From: Eledone cirrhosa
Lineage: Eukaryota
Direction: 5' to 3'
Assembly (NCBI GenBank): GCA_964016885.1
Contig: OZ024740.1
Coordinates: 209,064,001 to 209,128,000, forward strand
Length of the DNA stretch: 64,000 nt
Shown here: in pieces, positions 1 through 12,349 of the stretch
Layout of the letters: the number at the start of each line of letters is the position of its first letter
Numbering within the stretch: position 1 is the stretch's first letter
Translations under genes and position numbers: made by a program
Notes under the pieces: model-generated
Told to the model about the DNA's origin: nothing
The model's database searches: none
Seen by the model: the letters and a program-made list of their open reading frames with translations, nothing else

Positions 1-65
1 TAATCCTTTCAATTACTATGAGGGAGAGAAAGAGATGGGGAAGAAAGAGATGGGGGAGAAAAAAA

Positions 66-67
<2 letters not shown>

Positions 68-119
<52 letters not shown>
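68..119. repeat. (GA)n microsatellite
   Basis: Direct reading of the sequence. Confidence 0.95.
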
Positions 120-122
<3 letters not shown>

Positions 123-296
123 TATCTACGTTTACTGAAATGATTTCGACACACCTTTGTTACGAATAATGAGTGAAGGATGGGTGGGTAGAAGTAAAAC
201 TAAGGTGTACCGCTGATTTTTTTTTTATGGATGTAACAAATTTTCTCCAAATAATTTCAAGAATTTGAACAAAATATAGATGCTGGAAAACGTACA

Positions 297-1300
297 TTAT
301 CCTAAATTATATTTTTTCTCGATTTTAGACCTGCAGATGTTTTCATACCACTTTCTAATGTGTAGCATTTTTACAAAATCATTTTCTGTTGATATAATTG
401 CCAAATAATTTAATCTGTCTTGTGACACGGACGACCGTAAATGTCTTAAAAAGCTTCTCTCTCCTGCAGACACAATTATAAATATTATTCTTGATGCAAC
501 CCACAGATTTAGCACGACATCCTGTAGCTTATTTCTCTTGGTGAATCTAATGGCTTCTGTCGGAAGCTTTACATCTCCAGGAAACAATTCTTTTGTAATA
601 TCTCGTTCGGTTAAGAGATCACATTTATTCATATCACTATTTTCTTGTTACCATAGCTTATCTTCCAAACCTTCACATACTTAAATCTTTATTTATATCT
701 AGCAACTATTTTATGGTATTTAAAAAAATTCAATGTGTTATTGAAATTTTATAACTGTTCAAATGTTTCTGCTAAAGAATTAATAGCTCTATCAGTATTG
801 CATTGAACACATAATTATTTAAATCATCTTTCTGGAAATGCTGTCATATACAAGCTGTCTTTTGTTTTCAACGTATCTTTCTACATTAAAAAATAGGCTC
901 TACATCAAATTATGTAGGTCATTCTTTTACCGAAGCCAATACTATTTCATATCCATTTGCACGATAATTAATTAAGTAATTAGTAACAGTATTCATTAAT
1001 GACGCTACGGTGTATAGTTCTACAAAGGTACATTGCATAGTTTATCCTAAGGCATCATACCAGACATCCATCATCTCTAGAAAAGTGTAATGTTCTATTT
1101 TTGATACAAAGATTCTGTTTCATGTTACACTGCATGATCAGAAGTAAGCATTTCTGAAAGTTCACATAGAGCTTCTCGAATCCTATAATTTCATATTTAA
1201 TGGTTTTGACAAACTCTAATTGGCACTCCCATTTAGACTCACATAAAGATTTAGTATTGAGGAAATTATTATATTTTTTTCTTCTTCAGTAAATACGATC
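297..1300 (-). mobile_element. Degenerate hAT-superfamily transposase (ZMYM1-like), C-terminal dimerisation region
   Basis: ORF 297-632 contains VSAGERSF..LRSSVSQDRLNYLAIISTE, matching the hAT C-terminal motif SxERSFS..LRSTMSQERLxxLAILSIE; upstream sequence is broken by stops; the far boundary is approximate. Confidence 0.8.
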
Positions 1301-1585
1301 GAACAGGATAGACAGAAAACATATGAATGCTGGACAATAGTAAAAAAAATGAAGTGGATATTTGATAACTTGTGCTAACACCAACCATTAAGTTCAGATT
1401 ATGGCACCCAACTTGTATATAAAACACCCGTAGATTTTCCTTCGTTGTCCGCTACTGAAAATCTTCATTTTTCCCCCTGTCATATTTAAACCATTTGACC
1501 TCTAAAATAAATCTAGCTTGCTTCTCCCAGAGAAATCCTGTACATATACTTAACTAAATATACTGTATTTTACCTATAATATTTA

Positions 1586-1943
1586 CTAGCTGATGTACCC
1601 AGCTTCACCCGGGTAAACAGATGATAAGAGAAGACAGGTAAAAGAGAAAATGACTGTATTGGATGTTTGTTTGGTTACACTATGAGGCGAGTCCGTGGTG
1701 TCTGTGTGATACGAAAAACAGTAAAAAAATCTTCCAGATATAACAGATTCTTCGTTGTACCGTTTGTGCATAGTATATGAACAATTCTAGGTGCTCCCAC
1801 CTAGAATAGTGACCTCTAGAAGATGGTTCATCTTCTGCCTGACTGTAAAACGTGTATCATTGCATAGACGTGGTTGTTCCACGTTTCTCAAAAGTATGAT
1901 GGAAGTTCCAATCTTTTATATTATATGTAGATATAGATATAGA
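1586..1943 (-). mobile_element. Short non-autonomous Helitron
   Basis: Minus strand starts a|TCTATATCTATATCTACATATAATATAAAAG and ends with hairpin TACCCGGG-TGAA-GCTGGGTA followed by CATCAG-CTAG|t: canonical TC...hairpin-CTAG termini between A and T, no TSD. Confidence 0.7.
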
Positions 1944-3273
1944 TTATTAATATAAAAGATATCCGTCAATGTAAAAAAAGGTCCCTATTTATTCCCTTCA
2001 CAACTCTGCGTATGTTAGACTGACAGACAGGCACACAGACAGATAAACTGCGTGGCGATTGTGGGATGCTGCACGTACACACACATACACGCATGGAAAC
2101 GCGCACACGCACGCAAACTTACACACACGCACACACTCACACATGTTGATAGATTTTACTTTCTGTGGAACGCTGCACGCACGCACACACACATAAACAT
2201 ACGCGCACGCACATACACACGCACACATGTTAATCGTTATTGCTTTCCTTCCCCTCTTATTTCCACACACACACACACATGTCTCTACACTGACACATAT
2301 ACATAGTGTATCCAAACACAGCGTTCACTTTGCCTCTCTCTCCCCTCTCACTCCCTCATTGGCATTATGCATATTAATTTAAGTTTGGTGTCGTTGAGGT
2401 GGGCGGAGTCGTTTGAAACCTATGAACGAATGATAATCGAGAATTATGACACGGAATACTGACATTGTTGAAATTAATATATAGATAACTGGTATAAAAC
2501 TAACAAAAAGTACTTTTATAGAAAGGCTTTCAACATCTAAAAAAATTCTTATTATAAGTTAAAGCTGCTCTGCATGACGAGTGTGACGCACAGCCTAAGA
2601 TAAGACAGACATATTTGGCTTCTTTAGCTTGGTTTAATATATATTCTTCAACAACATTTGTCAACAAATTGATTATTTGAACATTTTTTTTTTCTATAAT
2701 AGCGAAAGTGTTTCTTTAGATACAATCTAATGGAAATGTTCGATGATTGTCAGATTTTATAAGAAAAAGAAGACCTATAAGAATTCTCATTGTACGATGT
2801 AAATGATGTGCCTGAAGTTTTCCTGGCAATCATACTGTGTGATACTCGTTATAACGTTCCATAAACTTACACCAATGTTCTCTCTCATTTTCTACATGTG
2901 ACTCCATCTTTTTATCAATACATTTATTGATCTTTAATCGCAGCGATGTCTCAAATCGTTTCCAAGACATTCCAGATCATGTACTGATTACAAATATTCA
3001 TGAACATGCTTCAAGTCGTTAGCTCAAGAGTTTCCTTAAAACTACTTATTTGAGAAACCAAAAGTTTTGCAACAAGACAATTTATGTTATTGGTCTTTGA
3101 ATAAGTAAATCACCTTAAAAGAAAATATGTAGTTATTAGTTTTTCTAAACATTGTCGCAGAGAAAAACGTATATTTGCATATATATATATATTTTATTAA
3201 TAAGATATAGCCACAGTTTCTGTCACTGGTAATTTATTCGGATATTTTGTTGGATCATTGTAGTTGACAATGA

Positions 3274-3530
3274 AGGCGTGTGGTTCAGTGGTAAGATACT
3301 TTATTTCAGGTTGTTCCAGTCCATTCAGCTAGTTAAAATGAGTTACTGTAATTTAGAGAGCCAACCTTGTCATATTTATGTCACGATAAATATCCCTGGG
3401 AACTGCGCTAGGGTACACATCTTTCTATAATGCTCTGTCACTTCCACGTTAAAATCATAAGCAAGTTGTTCCATTGTTTGATCAACAGGAGTGCTCGTCG
3501 TCGAAAGCAACGGAAGTCCAACAACAGCAA
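3274..3530 (+). mobile_element. Degenerate tRNA-derived SINE (second family)
   Basis: A-box-like GGCGTGTGGTTCAGTGGTAAG head; body resembles the copy at about 60920-61200. Confidence 0.55.
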
Positions 3531-3559
3531 GTAATGCACATCTCTTTTGATGGGGTTTT

Positions 3560-3880
3560 CAAATTTACTGTTATAATTCTCTTGTGACCTCAGCCTCCGA
3601 GAGATTAATCACCGCACCTTGTTTATCTCAGAAGATGCTGTTATGATCGGGTTTAGGAGTTCAGCAACGTATTCTCTCCACCTCGCGAGGATGCACCACT
3701 CTGAAGAGAGGATAACCCCAGACGGGGTTATTTATTTGCTGATCTGATGTCGGATTCCAGCATAACCCCCAAATCCTTCCATGTCTTAAGTTTGGACGCC
3801 TTTACTGTCTCTGCTGCAATTCTTATTGCCTGCTTGTACTGTAAGTGCAAGAAAAAGGATTTATTTCCAAGTCAAGCTTT
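3560..3880 (-). mobile_element. RTE LINE fragment (region between endonuclease and RT)
   Basis: Minus-strand translation gives AETVKASKLKTWKDLGVMLESD and ILARWREYVAELLNP, typical of RTE (RWKEYFEDLLN). Confidence 0.6.
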
Positions 3881-3949
3881 GTAGGCTTCTTGAATAATTG
3901 TTTCTATTTTTGGCACAAGGGCAGAGGCCTCGTGAATAATGCGAATAAT

Positions 3950-4140
3950 ATTGGTTTCTGATTTAGGCACAAGGCCAACAATTTTTTTGGGGGGAGGGTC
4001 GATAAAATCGACCTCGGTGCATTACTGGTGCTTTATTTTATCGACCTTGTAAGGATGCAAGGCAAAGCTAACCTAGGCGGGAATTGAACTCAGAACGTAA
4101 AGGGCCGTAATTCTGTGTCGCGAAGCAGGGTGTCCGACGT
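3950..4140 (-). mobile_element. Major tRNA-derived SINE copy (Nin-like central domain)
   Basis: Reverse complement of the family consensus GAGTTCAAATCCCGCCGAGGTTAACTTTGCCTTTCATCCTTACGGGGTCGATAAAATAAAGTACCAG. Confidence 0.85.
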
Positions 4141-4613
4141 AAATTATAAAGTTAGTAGAGTACGGCCTGTAATACAAATAGTTAATAGTTTATATATCAC
4201 CGGTGATAATATATTGTATTCTTAACTAAATTAAATCACAATAACTTAGTCCGCGTGTCTGGCAAACTGTGTCGTGTGTAATTTACAATTTACTGCTGTA
4301 AGCAGGCAAAGTAGAATGATATTCAAATTTTAAAAATAAATAAATTTTAGCTGTACTCAGTATGACTATGGCTGTAGTTTGGCGAATCGTCTACAAACAG
4401 GAAGCTAAAACAGCTATTCAATGATTATGGGTCACGAATAACCTTAAAACGAAAAGTAAAATTGTATATATAAACTGAAAACATGATCCTTTTATACTCT
4501 GTCATGGGTGACGTCATTTTATATATATGTTGGAGTCGAAACCAAAAGAGGAATTTCCCACGAATTTTTCAAACTGATGAATAATCCAAATAAGCTAATT
4601 TACAAATAATGGT

Positions 4614-4765
4614 TTCTTATATAGGCACAAGGCCAGTAATTTGGGGGAGGGGAAAGTCGATTAAATCGACCCCAGTGCGTGACTGGTACTTTATTTTATC
4701 GACCCCATAAGGATGAAAGGCAAAGTTAACCTCGGCGGGATTTGAACTCAGATCGTAAAGGGACG
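4614..4765 (-). mobile_element. 5'-truncated major SINE copy with 23-bp TSD
   Basis: TAAGCTAATTTACAAATAATGGT at 4591-4613 and 4766-4788 flanks the SINE body. Confidence 0.9.
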
Positions 4766-4825
4766 TAAGCTAATTTACAAATAATGGTGGTTTGGGGTTT
4801 TTTTTTTTAAATTCTCTTAAATACT

Positions 4826-5007
4826 TGTTTCTACTTTAAGCACAAGGCCAGCAAATACCCAGTGCATTACTGGTACTTTATTTTATCGACCCCGTAAGGA
4901 TGAAAGGCAAAGTCAACCTCGGCGGGATTTGAACTCAGATCGTAAAGGGACGTAACTATGCTTGAAAGCATGGCGTCCGACCCTCCACCGATACTGCCAA
5001 TCCACTT
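4826..5007 (-). mobile_element. Major SINE copy with 16-bp TSD
   Basis: AATTCTCTTAAATACT at 4810-4825 and 5008-5023. Confidence 0.9.
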
Positions 5008-5029
5008 AATTCTCTTAAATACTGTGTGA

Positions 5030-5375
5030 TTATCTATGGCCCCACACGGTCCCGAATGACCATGGTTTTGCACCGAGAAAGTTTCCCTCCGAGGCACAAG
5101 TCTGGGCAAGGTTTGTTTTGTGAAAGACTAGCAGTCACCCAAGCATAACAGTTTCCACTCTCCACGTCACCGATGTTGTCCAAGGGAAAAGCAATGACTA
5201 ATACAGCTTGGCACCAGTAATATCGCAACTCATTTCTACAGCTGAGTAAACTGGACCAACGTGAAATAAAGTGTCTTGCTCAAGGACACAATGCATCACC
5301 CGGTCAGAGAATCGAACTCACAACTTTTCAATTGCAAGCCCAATGCTCTAACCACTAAGCCATGTGCATTCACAT
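5030..5375 (-). mobile_element. tRNA-derived SINE with Meta/CORE-like GTGTCCTTGAGCAAGACACTTTA domain
   Basis: Minus strand has A box TGGCTTAGTGG, B box GTTCGATTC and the conserved core; flanked by TGTGTGATTA direct repeats. Confidence 0.75.
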
Positions 5376-5399
5376 GTGTGATTAAACCTAGCGATTACA

Positions 5400-6050
5400 C
5401 CTAAGTTTTATTTCTAAATCACAGGTAGATGTATTTATGATATTTTCCGTCATCTACCATGGTGTTTCTAAATGACAGATGAGCAATGGCTTCAGTTTGA
5501 AGGCTCCCGATGTATTATCCACAAGTAGTCGTATAACTGGCCTATTTTGATCATAAAACAAAAAAAATGTTTTGTTTTCTTCTCTGGCGATCAAAGTGCA
5601 TGATGGCATTCCTTTCCAGAAAAAAACTGTTTCATCTGCCTGAAAACAAGTTCGGGAGGATAATTGCAACGCTCGTTGACACTCATAAGAATCTGAGGAA
5701 ACATATTGGTTGCCTGAATGTCTGTAATTGTAGCTACACTTTACATAGTGGTGTGCAGGTTATGCCGTCGTTTGAATCGTTACAACCAGCCTCTCCTACT
5801 TGTAAATATTTCTGCATTATCGCCTTATGCTTGTAAGTGCCTGAAGGGGCTCAGAGGTTTTTGATTTACGTCCCATTATATAGCAGCATACCATCTTTTT
5901 AAACAGTTGATGTGGTCAAGTTTAAAGACTTAACCCATCATCGTGTGTCAGCTTCCAATCATCTTAACACTTTTCGGCACCTTAGATAAACTTTCAGCAC
6001 TCGGAGTTGCGGGTCGGTTTTAACTGATATTGGATAAACAATTGTGTGAA
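5400..6050 (-). mobile_element. Tigger/pogo transposase remnant
   Basis: FQADETVFFWKGMPSCTLIAREE...GAFKLKPLLI matches the Tigger DDE N-terminus (FNADETGLFWKKMPSRTFIAREE...GDFKLKP); upstream CENP-B-type SRRGWLxRFKRRH. Confidence 0.85.
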
Positions 6051-6179
6051 CAATTCAGTTATATGCAGGAGTGTGAATCATAGTTGCTTAGATATTAGCA
6101 CACTGTTGTTATAATAATGTAATGCTATCCCACTGAAAATACTCTCTCCTATATTATAGGCGTGTATATATGTATCTAT

Positions 6180-7120
6180 GCATCATCATTGGCAGCTCAG
6201 TTTCGGGAGACCATGCTTAATGTGCCTGGTGTTATGGCTAGTCTTTAGCATCGTCTGCTGTGACTGTGCAGACTGATGTTTGAATGACAGTCTTTGTTGC
6301 ACTTGGTGCAGATATATGTAGAATCCTGGGTTGTTGGTATGTCTGTGATGCGCTTTTTATGGTCCCTTTTTTCTGCTGTTGACCTCTTTTCGCATCTGCA
6401 TCTGCGATGTCCTTGCGGGCAGTCTGACGTCAGACATCGTGGTATTAAGCCTTTCTCTCCCAGCTGGAAGGAGGGGTGTTGCAGGATTTCATGTCTCTCT
6501 TGCATTCGTCCCAGAAACGGAGTGATGGGGGACCCACATGCCTGGTGCCGGTGGCCAGCTGTCCATACAGGATGTCTTTTGGCAACCTCCCATCCTCCAT
6601 ATGCTGAATATGTCCTAGTCAACGAAGACGGTGCTGGCTCAGCAGGGAATACATGCTGGGAATCATGGCACGTTGTAGGATGTCATTGTGTTGGATATGG
6701 TCCCACCAGGTGACTCTGATGATGTGTTTGAGATACCGCATGTGGAAGGAATTGAGTCGACGTCCTTGCCTCATGTAGATGCTTCAGGCTTCAATTCCGT
6801 AGAGCAAAGTGTTAAGAACACAAGCCTGGTAGACTCGGATCTTCATGTGTCCTGTCAGTGCCTTGTTGTCCCACACCCTCTTAGTCAGTTTAGCCATGGT
6901 GGTGTTTCGCTTTCCAAGCCGCCTGTCAAGTTCAACGTCGAGTGAAAGGGTGTTGCTGATTGTAGAGCCCAGGTAGGTGAAGTTGTACACAGCTTCCAGG
7001 ATAGCATTGTCAATTTTGATTTTGATTGAGACGGCCGTATTGATATCCTTTGAACTGACGTTGATCTTCTTCAGGCTTATAGTAAGACCGAACTACTTGC
7101 AAACATCAGCAAAGCGATGA
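6180..7120 (-). mobile_element. 5'-truncated RTE/BovB-like LINE
   Basis: FTYLGSTISNTLSLDVELDRRLGK...KIRVYQACVLNTLLYG, C-terminal CTKCNKDCHSNISLHSHSRRC finger and short (GAT)n tail. Confidence 0.9.
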
Positions 7121-7129
7121 CTCAGATAT

Positions 7130-8043
7130 CTTCTAACTTTAATTTTATACCTAATTGTGTATGGTTGACGGTATATTTAATCGATTTCCACGTGCTATTG
7201 AAATGTTGGGTCTATAGCGATTGGTCGCGAAGAGATTGCTGTCGTTTATTTATCTACTATTTCTTCATAGGTGCCTTTTAATCTTATAGCCTGGTCTAAT
7301 TGATTTTTTGTGTGGGAGAGGAAATGGTGTATATATATTATCAAATGATTCTATGGACATACTTTATAGTATATTGCTCTGATTATTTAATTTATTAATT
7401 CATCATTGAGCCACATCGTGAATGGTTGCCAAAACATATATATCTGTGACTTTGTCTAGTTTGTGTATATGTAAATCTTTATATTTAATAATCTCCCATA
7501 AGGTTGAGATGCAATTTAGGCAATATTGGGTTGCGCTTTCTAGCAACCAGCCCACTCGCCGTAAGCAACCAATCACATTCTTTCTGACTTGACCACTGCC
7601 ACGTCACAGTTCTTAGCCATTTTGAATTCGTTTCTGGCGTGGATCACTTAAGAAAATTCTTTGTCCAAATGAGTTTGTTTCCTCATGAGTTCGAAGCTCG
7701 GGATTTTATCCTTAATAGGATATTTCCAAGAGCGAACGAAACCCTAAGGGTAGAAACGTAATCCTCGTATGTGTATATGCATTTTTTCTTCTAACTTTAA
7801 TTTTATACCTAATTGTGTATGGTTGATGGTATATTTAATCGATTTCCACGTGCCATTGAAATGTTGGGTAAATATTCTATAGCGGTTGGTCGCGAAGAGA
7901 TTGCTGTAGTTTATTTATCTACTATTTCTTCATAGGTGCCTTTTAATCTTATAGCCTGGTCTAATTGATTTTTTGTGTGGTTAATTATGCTAATTAGGAG
8001 AGGAAATGGTGTATATATATTATCAAATGATTCTATGGACATA
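7130..8043 (+). mobile_element. Penelope-like terminal repeat region: two ~240-bp direct repeats with a hammerhead motif between them
   Basis: 7130-7361 is repeated at 7788-8043; HHR-like fold at 7677-7757. Confidence 0.6.
7677..7757 (+). ncRNA. Type I hammerhead ribozyme, probably inactivated (core CUCAUGA)
   Basis: Helix I GTTTC/GAAAC; core CTCATGA; long helix II GTTCG...CGAAC; GAAA; helix III CCC-TAA-GGG; GUA cleavage triplet. Confidence 0.65.
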
Positions 8044-8099
8044 ATTTCTAGTATATATATATATATATATATCTTGTGTATAGTATATAATATATATAC

Positions 8100-9140
8100 A
8101 CCATCCAACACCTCGTCTCCTCCTCCCTCCAGCCTCCCACCGCTTCCCACCTCATCGTCCGCACCTCCAGCACCCCCACCATCTACTTCCTCCCCAAGAT
8201 CCACAAACCAGACAACCCAGGCCGCCCCATCGTCTCCGCCTGCAACTGCCCCACAGAACTCATCTCCGCCTTTCTTGACTCCATCCCCAGCCCCCTCGTC
8301 ACCGCCCTCACCTCCCACATCTCCGACACCAACTACGCCCTTCGCCTGTTCGACGCCCTCACTTTCCCACCCGGCCAACACCCCCTCCTCTTCACTCTAG
8401 GTATTGTGTCCCTCTACACAGTCATCCCCCACGCCGACGGCCTACGTGCCCTCCACCCCAATCCCCTCCACCCCACCCTCCTTCGCCTCGCCGAGCTGGT
8501 CCTCACCCTGAACTGTTTCTCCGTCTCGGGTGAGTTTTACCAACAGGTCACTGGGGTAGCCATAGGCACAAGAATGGGCCCAAACTATGCCAACCTTTTC
8601 GTTGGCCATGTTGAGGCCCAAATCTTTGCCCAGTACACCGGCCCCACGCCCGAACTGTACAGTCGTTACATCGACGACTGCATCGGAGCCACGACCCTCA
8701 TCCGAGAACAGCTCGACTCCTTTCTCTACTTCTTCTGCTCCTTCCACCCCTCCCTCCACTTCACCACCTCTATCTCCACCACCCACGTCCACTTCTTGGA
8801 CATTTCCGTGACCATCGACCCTCCCACCACTCCCTCGTCAGATACGCCTTCTTCAAACCCACCGACTCCCACTCCTACCTCGACTTCACTTCCTCCCACC
8901 ATACACACACCAAACACTCCATTCCCTTCTCCCAACTCCTCCGGATGCGCCGCCTCTGCAGCCGAGATTCTGACTTCGAGTCCCAGACCCTTTCTCTAGT
9001 CAGCCATTTCATCCGGAGAGGTTACCCCCCCCCTCCTCCTCCCTCGTCCACGACGCCCTCTCTCGCGCTCGCGCTGTCCACCGCTCCACCACCCTCACCC
9101 CACGCCCCCGCACACTCACCTACTGCCCCCCCTCATGCCA
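8100..9140 (+). mobile_element. Penelope-like element reverse transcriptase remnant
   Basis: SLYTVIPH..LAELVLTLNCF..FYQQVTGVAIGTRMGPNYANLF..YSRYIDD..HFLDI are hallmark PLE RT motifs; frameshifted; sits next to (TA)n. Confidence 0.92.
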
Positions 9141-9251
9141 ACACAAGAGCAAGAATGAAGTGTTCATTCTACTGACATGGCTATAAAATTGAGGCTTGTT
9201 TGCATAATTGCAAACGAATCGAATGTTATTATTAATTTTCGAAAAACTCAG

Positions 9252-9303
<52 letters not shown>

Positions 9304-9612
9304 ACAAAATGATATGTTTTAAGAAGGCTAAGAAATGGGCATTCATTTCTGTGTCCTTCCTTCTCTGCTAATAGCTATTAGCAGAGAAGGATGGACAGAG
9401 AAATGAACTCTCTTCTCTGAATGAACATGTATGTGAAAATAAATTTTTCTTCCCCTTTTTATTTTTATTATTATTACTATCATTATTTGTACAAATATGC
9501 AACTTAACAATATTCTGCATATCCGCAATTGACAATGCATATCATGCTGAAACCGGTATTGTAAATAAATTAATGTTTTGATATTTCACTGAAAAAATCT
9601 TTTTTCTTTCTA

Positions 9613-9674
<62 letters not shown>

Positions 9675-9723
9675 GAAAAAGTGAAGAATAACATGGTAAA
9701 CAGTATAAACAAGGAAATTTATT

Positions 9724-9838
9724 TACAGTCTAACAATTGTTTCTATGATGGTGTTGTCTGAAAATTGCTAAACACTGAAGTTAGTGGCACTCAATTTAAA
9801 AAACATGCAACCTCCATCATTTCGTCAGAGAACTGAGA
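9724..9838 (-). ncRNA. Type I hammerhead ribozyme in a PLE-like terminal repeat
   Basis: Minus strand: CAGTTCT-CTGACGA-aATGATGG...CCATCATa-GAAAC-AATT-GTT-AGACTG. Confidence 0.65.
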
Positions 9839-9843
9839 AAAAA

Positions 9844-9879
<36 letters not shown>

Positions 9880-9881
<2 letters not shown>

Positions 9882-10143
9882 AAGAATAACATGGTCAACA
9901 GTACAAAAAGGGTTTTATTTACAGTCGAACAATTGTTTCACTGATTAAGTTGTCTAAAAATTGCTGAACACTTGGAGCTGTTAAAAATTGCCGAACACTT
10001 GGATCTGGTTAAGCTAACAACGTATTTAAAATTGAGTGGCACAGTTCCAAGTGTTCAGTAATTTTTAGACAACTTAATCAGTGAAACAATTGTTAGACTG
10101 TAAATAAAACCCTCTTTTGTAATGTTGACCATGTTATTCTTCA
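9880..10143. repeat. Fold-back inverted repeat (~100-bp arms) of the same terminal-repeat family
   Basis: 9880-9981 is the near reverse complement of 10041-10143. Confidence 0.9.
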
Positions 10144-10319
10144 CTCTTTCAATATTATTACTCCAAGATAAACTTACATAGGAATACAAGTGAAATCATA
10201 AACTCGCCACCTACGTAAACCCCTTGTTGAGTCAAACAACGTCGTACGCTAAAACTATCCATAATACGAAGTATTCACAACCTCTAACTGGATTACTATA
10301 ACGATATTTTGTTATCCCT

Positions 10320-10459
<140 letters not shown>

Positions 10460-10531
10460 TGATGGTAGCTAAGATACTTCGATAGGCGGTATGCCAGTGG
10501 AGCACTCTATGCTCCTACAGAGCAGAGTGTG

Positions 10532-10757
10532 ATATAATATAAAACGAAAAATCAGTGATGTATCTGAACTCGATTTATTGTGTGTTACAATTGTTTCGCC
10601 GGCGGAAGTGTCTTTAGAAGTGTCCGTCGAACCTGCGGATCCAGAATCAGACAGATCCACACAATGATCGTGTCCCGAGCTGTCCGCCGGCGAAACAATT
10701 GTAACACACAATAAATTGAATTCAGATGCATCACTGATTTTTCGTTTTATATTATAT
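10532..10757. repeat. Fold-back inverted repeat (75-bp arms)
   Basis: 10532-10606 versus 10683-10757; arms contain GAAACAATTGTA. Confidence 0.9.
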
Positions 10758-10760
10758 GTG

Positions 10761-10809
<49 letters not shown>

Positions 10810-10888
10810 GATAAGCAGAACAAGTAAAATTCAATCAATTTTTCAAAATACATTTAAAAAATATAATATAAATATTTACCTCTTCTAG

Positions 10889-10972
10889 TGGCCCTTACTG
10901 ATCAGTTTCGCTTTGTAAAACCTCATAAATCCGATGGATTTATGATGGAAAACCAAAGCTCATCAGAGAAGC
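10889..10972 (-). ncRNA. Type I hammerhead ribozyme, intact core
   Basis: Minus strand: GCTTCT-CTGATGA-GCTTTG...CAAAGC-GAAA-CTGATCAG-TA-AGGGC; palindromic helix III. Confidence 0.85.
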
Positions 10973-11374
10973 ATTTTCCCTTCCTAGGGCTAAACGTCCC
11001 AGGAACGACAAAATATACAACCTCCTGCCAGCTAATAAAGGTCTGAAAGGTCGTAAAATTGACCTGTATGTAAACTGGACCGAAGTAAAAGCGGGAAAAT
11101 CAAAGACTTGCTGTCTACAATTACTACTAAAAAAATAGCAGCCAAGTAGAGCAACAGATTTGTTCTCAACGGACGGAGAAAAAGGTAGAAGTTAATATGT
11201 CCAGGGATACTAGGTACCCCTAGAAATACATAGGTTGTCTATGATTCAAGGTTGTTCAATGGTGTTAATTTGATACACCAGAACTTTAATATTAAGATAA
11301 GCAGAACAAGTAAAATTCAATCAATTTTTCAAAATACATTTAAAAAATATAATATAAATATTTACCTCTTCTAG

Positions 11375-11458
11375 TGGCCCTTACTGATCAGTTTCGCTTT
11401 GTAAAACCTCATAAATCCGATGGATTTATGATGGAAAACCAAAGCTCATCAGAGAAGC
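11375..11458 (-). ncRNA. Type I hammerhead ribozyme, second identical copy
   Basis: Same sequence shifted by 486 bp. Confidence 0.85.
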
Positions 11459-11551
11459 ATTTTCCCTTCCTAGGGCTAAACGTCCCAGGAACGACAAAAT
11501 ATACAACCTCCTGCCAGCTAATAAAGGTCTGAAAGGTCGTAAAATTGACCC

Positions 11552-11709
<158 letters not shown>

Positions 11710-12275
11710 TGCCAGGTAGTTCTTCAGCTCTATAACACATTTCTTATTAGTACAGTGTGTTTTCTAAAAGGGGTAAGTTTTGCTGATCAAGGATTTTATG
11801 GTAGTTCCTGGCTTTTCTACCACTTTAATCTTTAAATGGGTCTTTCTTAGGGCCTCTCTAAATTGGTTAGCTAATTCACCTCCAGAGGTTGCATCCACGA
11901 ACATGACACTCTGGTATCTCTGGTTGTCATACAATGAAGTGACTTTCCCTATCTTATGTTTAGTCCTATCTATGCTATTCCATGATTTGCTCCTGTATAA
12001 TGGACAAATCCCTTTCATGTCCATCTCTAGGAGGGTCTTATATTTCTCTGTGGCTCCATTGTACACCCTGATTCTGTCTCTTTGGTTGTAGCCAGAGAAC
12101 TGCATGCGATTGATGAAGTGTTGGATGTGTCTTTCCATTTCAGTTGGGTTGCACATACAGGACACATTGTTCATCACTCGTACCAAGTCTGCGATCGGAA
12201 TATTAAACCTAGCACTATTGGACATCGCTGAGCTTTTGTGTATAAGGTATTTGGAGGACATGAGTTTAGCATAAC
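11710..12275 (-). mobile_element. Penelope-like element fragment (RT thumb and linker preceding GIY-YIG)
   Basis: [60 protein letters not shown] followed by a Cys pair, characteristic of PLE ORFs. Confidence 0.8.
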
Positions 12276-12349
12276 AAATATATATATAATTTATGCAGAA
12301 ATAGTCATTCTACAATTGTCGTTTACTGTAATTTGTATTTCAGTGTGTT

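Larger units (their letters stand above)
10803..11550 (-). mobile_element. Tandem Penelope-like terminal repeats (2 x ~262 bp, 486-bp period), each with an intact hammerhead
   Basis: 10803-11064 appears identical to 11289-11550; flanked by (TA)n on both sides. Confidence 0.85.

Noticed and set aside
1998-2315. ORFs rich in CV/HT/YI (also 10296, 11426, 14304, 22908, 27252, 33411, 34545)
   Set aside because: Translations of dinucleotide and trinucleotide microsatellites.
2560-3130. Coding-like stretch
   Set aside because: Multiple stops in all frames and no motif I could recognise.
4867-5109. Recurrent peptide YDLSSNPAEVDFAFHPYGVDKIK in several ORFs
   Set aside because: Translation of the SINE body, not a protein family.
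7911-8381. Gly-rich and Pro/Ser-rich ORFs
   Set aside because: Alternative frames and antisense of the C-rich Penelope RT remnant.
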